Source of the DNA: Bugula neritina | Taxonomy: Eukaryota; Animalia; Bryozoa | Direction of reading: 5' to 3' | Assembly (NCBI GenBank): GCA_964035545.1 | Contig: OZ037765.1 | Coordinates: 13,960,698-14,024,697, forward strand | Length of the DNA stretch: 64,000 bases | Part shown: one piece after another, positions 61,000 through 64,000 of the stretch | Layout of the letters: the number at the start of each line of letters is the position of its first letter | How positions within the stretch are numbered: the first letter of the stretch is position 1 | Position numbers and translations under genes: made by a program | The notes under the pieces: generated by a model | Told to the model about the DNA's origin: nothing | The model's database searches: none | The model's input: the letters and a program-made list of their open reading frames with translations, nothing else

Positions 61000-63466
61000 T
61001 GTATAGATATGTATGCTCTTACGTTAGCTGAATAGGTGGATACACTCTGAACACTTTGAGCAAGAGCAGGCTAATGAACTCTCTTGAATCTCTACTGACT
61101 TTGTTGGAAGTCTTTTCGTCCAGTTGACCGAGTAACTTCCGCAACTGGCGGGTTGCCTTCTGAGCGACAAAACCACGCCTACCAGAATTATATACAGTAT
61201 AAACGTGTAGAGATACACATAGAAATACTACACAGTGCTTGATAATCACTCAGGTCAATGTATTATGGTATTCTGCTATTAAATTGTCCCAAGCAGAAAA
61301 CAGACCCGGAAGTTTGAAAGAGCTGATGCTCCTTGGGTTAGGGTCAACGCATGGCACTTTACTCAACAACTTATTACGGCCACCTCATCAGAAATATACT
61401 GCACCTCAAATCCCTGCTATATGTAACTCTACAACACATGCTAATTTAATATTTGTAATACTTTTAGTAGTTGAGATGGCCCTTACTTTCTGAGTGGGTT
61501 CACTATATGGCATCGCAATAGCCTCTGAATATCTGAGTAACTTTCGATGTCATTAGACTTCTTAGGCAGCCGCAGCACTTCATCAAACACCACAGAAAAG
61601 GCAAACATAGCAAAGATACAAGCATCCACATAGCTGGAACCATTGTCTTCTTGTATACCCTTCCATTCCCCAGTATGTCTGCTTTGGTCAAAATTATAGG
61701 GCTGAATATAACCCTCAATAAAATCTTTTCGACTGTCACTTTCTGCAACAAAATACCATCATAACACATATACACACGTACAAGTGTAGGCTAACATTGA
61801 AAGCACCAGGACACATGTATGCAGTTAGCCTCAGTAACATAAATGAATTTATATTAATTAGTATTTAGATTTTTGAAATAACCCATAGCAAACTAGACTG
61901 AGTAAATATCACATATTGCCATCCTTAAAATTTAGGACAATTTTATTAATTACTCTCTAAAATAAATTATTTATATTCTGCTTAAACGCAGAAACAAGAA
62001 ACATTTTAGAAATAAAATGATACTATAATGAGTAATTAGAAATATAGCAAACATCAAAGACATATTTAATATTTTATCAAGCAAATTGGCCAAACTTACT
62101 CCTGATCTCGCATTTCAGCAAATTTACGAACATAATGTCGTTTTTGGAGCTTTCCACAAGATGGTCACTTCCGTACCAGCCACAAGAGCAAGAGCCATTT
62201 ACTTCATCCTGTAACATTTTAGAGATTTATCTACAGACATTATAATTCCCTGTATCTATGTGCACCTTACTTGCTATACTGTTATACCATTAATCTATAT
62301 CTCATTACAGTACAAGAACCATTGCTCTAGATATGAATAATGAAATCATTAAATCTTTAAAACAACAAGCCTGTATGCTTTCATACTATATCTATTACCA
62401 CTCACCATTTTAACACCAGCGAAATAGCGTCCTGGCTTGGCTATTTCGTATCCTATCCACTTGACGATGCCCGGCTGATTGTCAATGGTGACTGAACAAC
62501 CCTCAGTGATTTGACTAGATATTGGTGTAATTCTACATACTAAGCTGGACTGTGAACTAACGTCCTGTTTAATATCCCTAGATCTGGCCGGATCAGCTCC
62601 GTTTACTCTTTGATTTTCAGCAGCATGTTCAGCTGGCGGAATGTGCGTTACATGAAATGGAGATGAGTGAGTGTCTGAACCCTGACTGGAGACATCGCAA
62701 CTTCTAGGGGAGATGCTGCCAACTGAGCTCCGCCTCTGATTGGCAGCTGTCAATAGATTAGACCGTTCATTAGGCTGTGCAAAGTAGGAGAAGTTGTTTA
62801 TCAACCAAATAAACTTTGAGCAGTAAATTAGGGCAACAAAGCACAACCGTCTCAATTTTGTTGTTGAAAATGTTGGTCAGTTTTCAATGTATAATTCTTA
62901 TCATAGTAATGAGAAAATAAGAGTGGACACAACATTTGATCAAAGCCAGCATATTCTGCACTTCATGAAGCATAGTCAAGTCTACATTTAATATACTTGT
63001 GTTAGTTGAAGCGCCACACGACCCACAGCCACAATGCGAAATAGTATGACGGTTGTTTTGAACTGATGAGTAAAACTGGGGGCATCTATCAAACTATGTA
63101 CAACTGATAATTTAATGTCAGTTTTAATAATAAATTATGAATAAAATACCAGTAACAATAATAAATAACAAATGTGAATAAAAAATAGAGTTTAAAACAT
63201 GTATTTGTATTTGACCCAGACAGTAGAAAGCTCTAGAAAATGTAAGTGGACAGCATACGCACTGGGGACGAGCAATCCAGTGTGGAGTTTTGTATTTCTC
63301 TTCTGTGAAGCTAATGGAAACCGTTCAGGGGAGGAGCTATATCGCTGTCTACATTCGGTGCTGCTACTATTGCTGCTACAATTTTCATCACACCTCTCTA
63401 TAGTGGACGGTTTACTGTTTCCATTACACATTTCAGTTTGTCTAGTAGCTGAAGAGGCACTTTGTT
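58779..63466 (-). CDS. CYLD: CYLD-like ubiquitin-specific protease family protein (CAP-Gly + USP with B-box), catalytic residues substituted; 5' end uncertain or outside the window
   Basis: CAP-Gly-like PGIVKWIG...FAGVKM; [23 protein letters not shown]...IVNPLR; [11 protein letters not shown]...[13 protein letters not shown]; B-box [22 protein letters not shown]; [15 protein letters not shown]; C-terminal CYMCFY. GT-AG exons. Confidence 0.85.
60745..60996. repeat. Intronic ~10-bp TATAGAGATA-type repeat grading into (TA)n
   Basis: Visible tandem units followed by a pure TA run. Confidence 0.85.
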
Positions 63467-64000
63467 CTACAAGAGAGCCGTCAGTGTAAGGGGAGACAAT
63501 CACAGAGAATCAGACCAGAAGATACACCATGGGACTTCCATTTTAAAACTATTTTGTTCCGCCTTCAGATAAATTTTCATTTTTATATAACTATAAAACA
63601 TTTATAGATATTTGATTTGGTACAAAATATAATTGTAATCTAAAACTGTGAGGTGTAATTAGTATATTCCATGTGAGAACATGCAAACAATACATATGTA
63701 CATTTCTTTACTTTAAAGCAATCAAAAGTGTTCAATCTAGTAAACATAGATTGCTTTAGTGAGCATAATCTACAGTTATGGTGAAAATTGTACATCAAAT
63801 AACACTCCTAATGTGCTGAAAACATTTTCTAGTATTTGACCTTTTCCTGATGAGAAGTTGTTAAATATGCCATCCTTATCAAGGTACCAGCAAGTAACTC
63901 TCTAACATTGGTATGCTTTTCTACTACTTTATTGTGAAATTTGAAATAAATCTTGTTAAATGATACATAAGACTGAGCTATGATTCAATATTGGCAAGTA

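Noticed and set aside
61503-61775. 90-aa ORF from the track
   Set aside because: Wrong frame; the CYLD Cys-box exon is read in another frame of the same strand.

Overview
AT-rich, intron-containing animal (invertebrate-type) genomic DNA; no prokaryotic features. From left to right: (1) an ~11.0-kb DNA transposon (3441-14467) with 23-bp CAC...GTG terminal inverted repeats and a 2-bp AT flank. It carries an apparently intact 16-exon, ~1181-aa DDE transposase with CMC/Transib/RAG1-type motifs and a SAP-like insert, a nested foldback element in intron 3, and a possible decayed antisense PHD-like cargo. (2) An intronless B-type muscarinic acetylcholine receptor. (3) A Penelope-like retroelement cluster embedded in (TA)n, with an inverted pseudo-LTR and three minimal hammerhead ribozyme motifs. 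(4) A multi-exon plexin-A gene with a 5x tandemly duplicated splice acceptor. (5) A convergent ARL14EP-like gene. (6) A tRNA-derived SINE. (7) A full-length Gypsy LTR retrotransposon with identical LTRs, a slippery-site/pseudoknot frameshift signal and an extra C2H2 zinc-finger ORF3. (8) A minus-strand CYLD-like gene whose catalytic Cys and Asp are substituted (probable pseudo-deubiquitinase). Exon structures and alignments were read by eye; family assignments rest on recalled motifs, not database searches.
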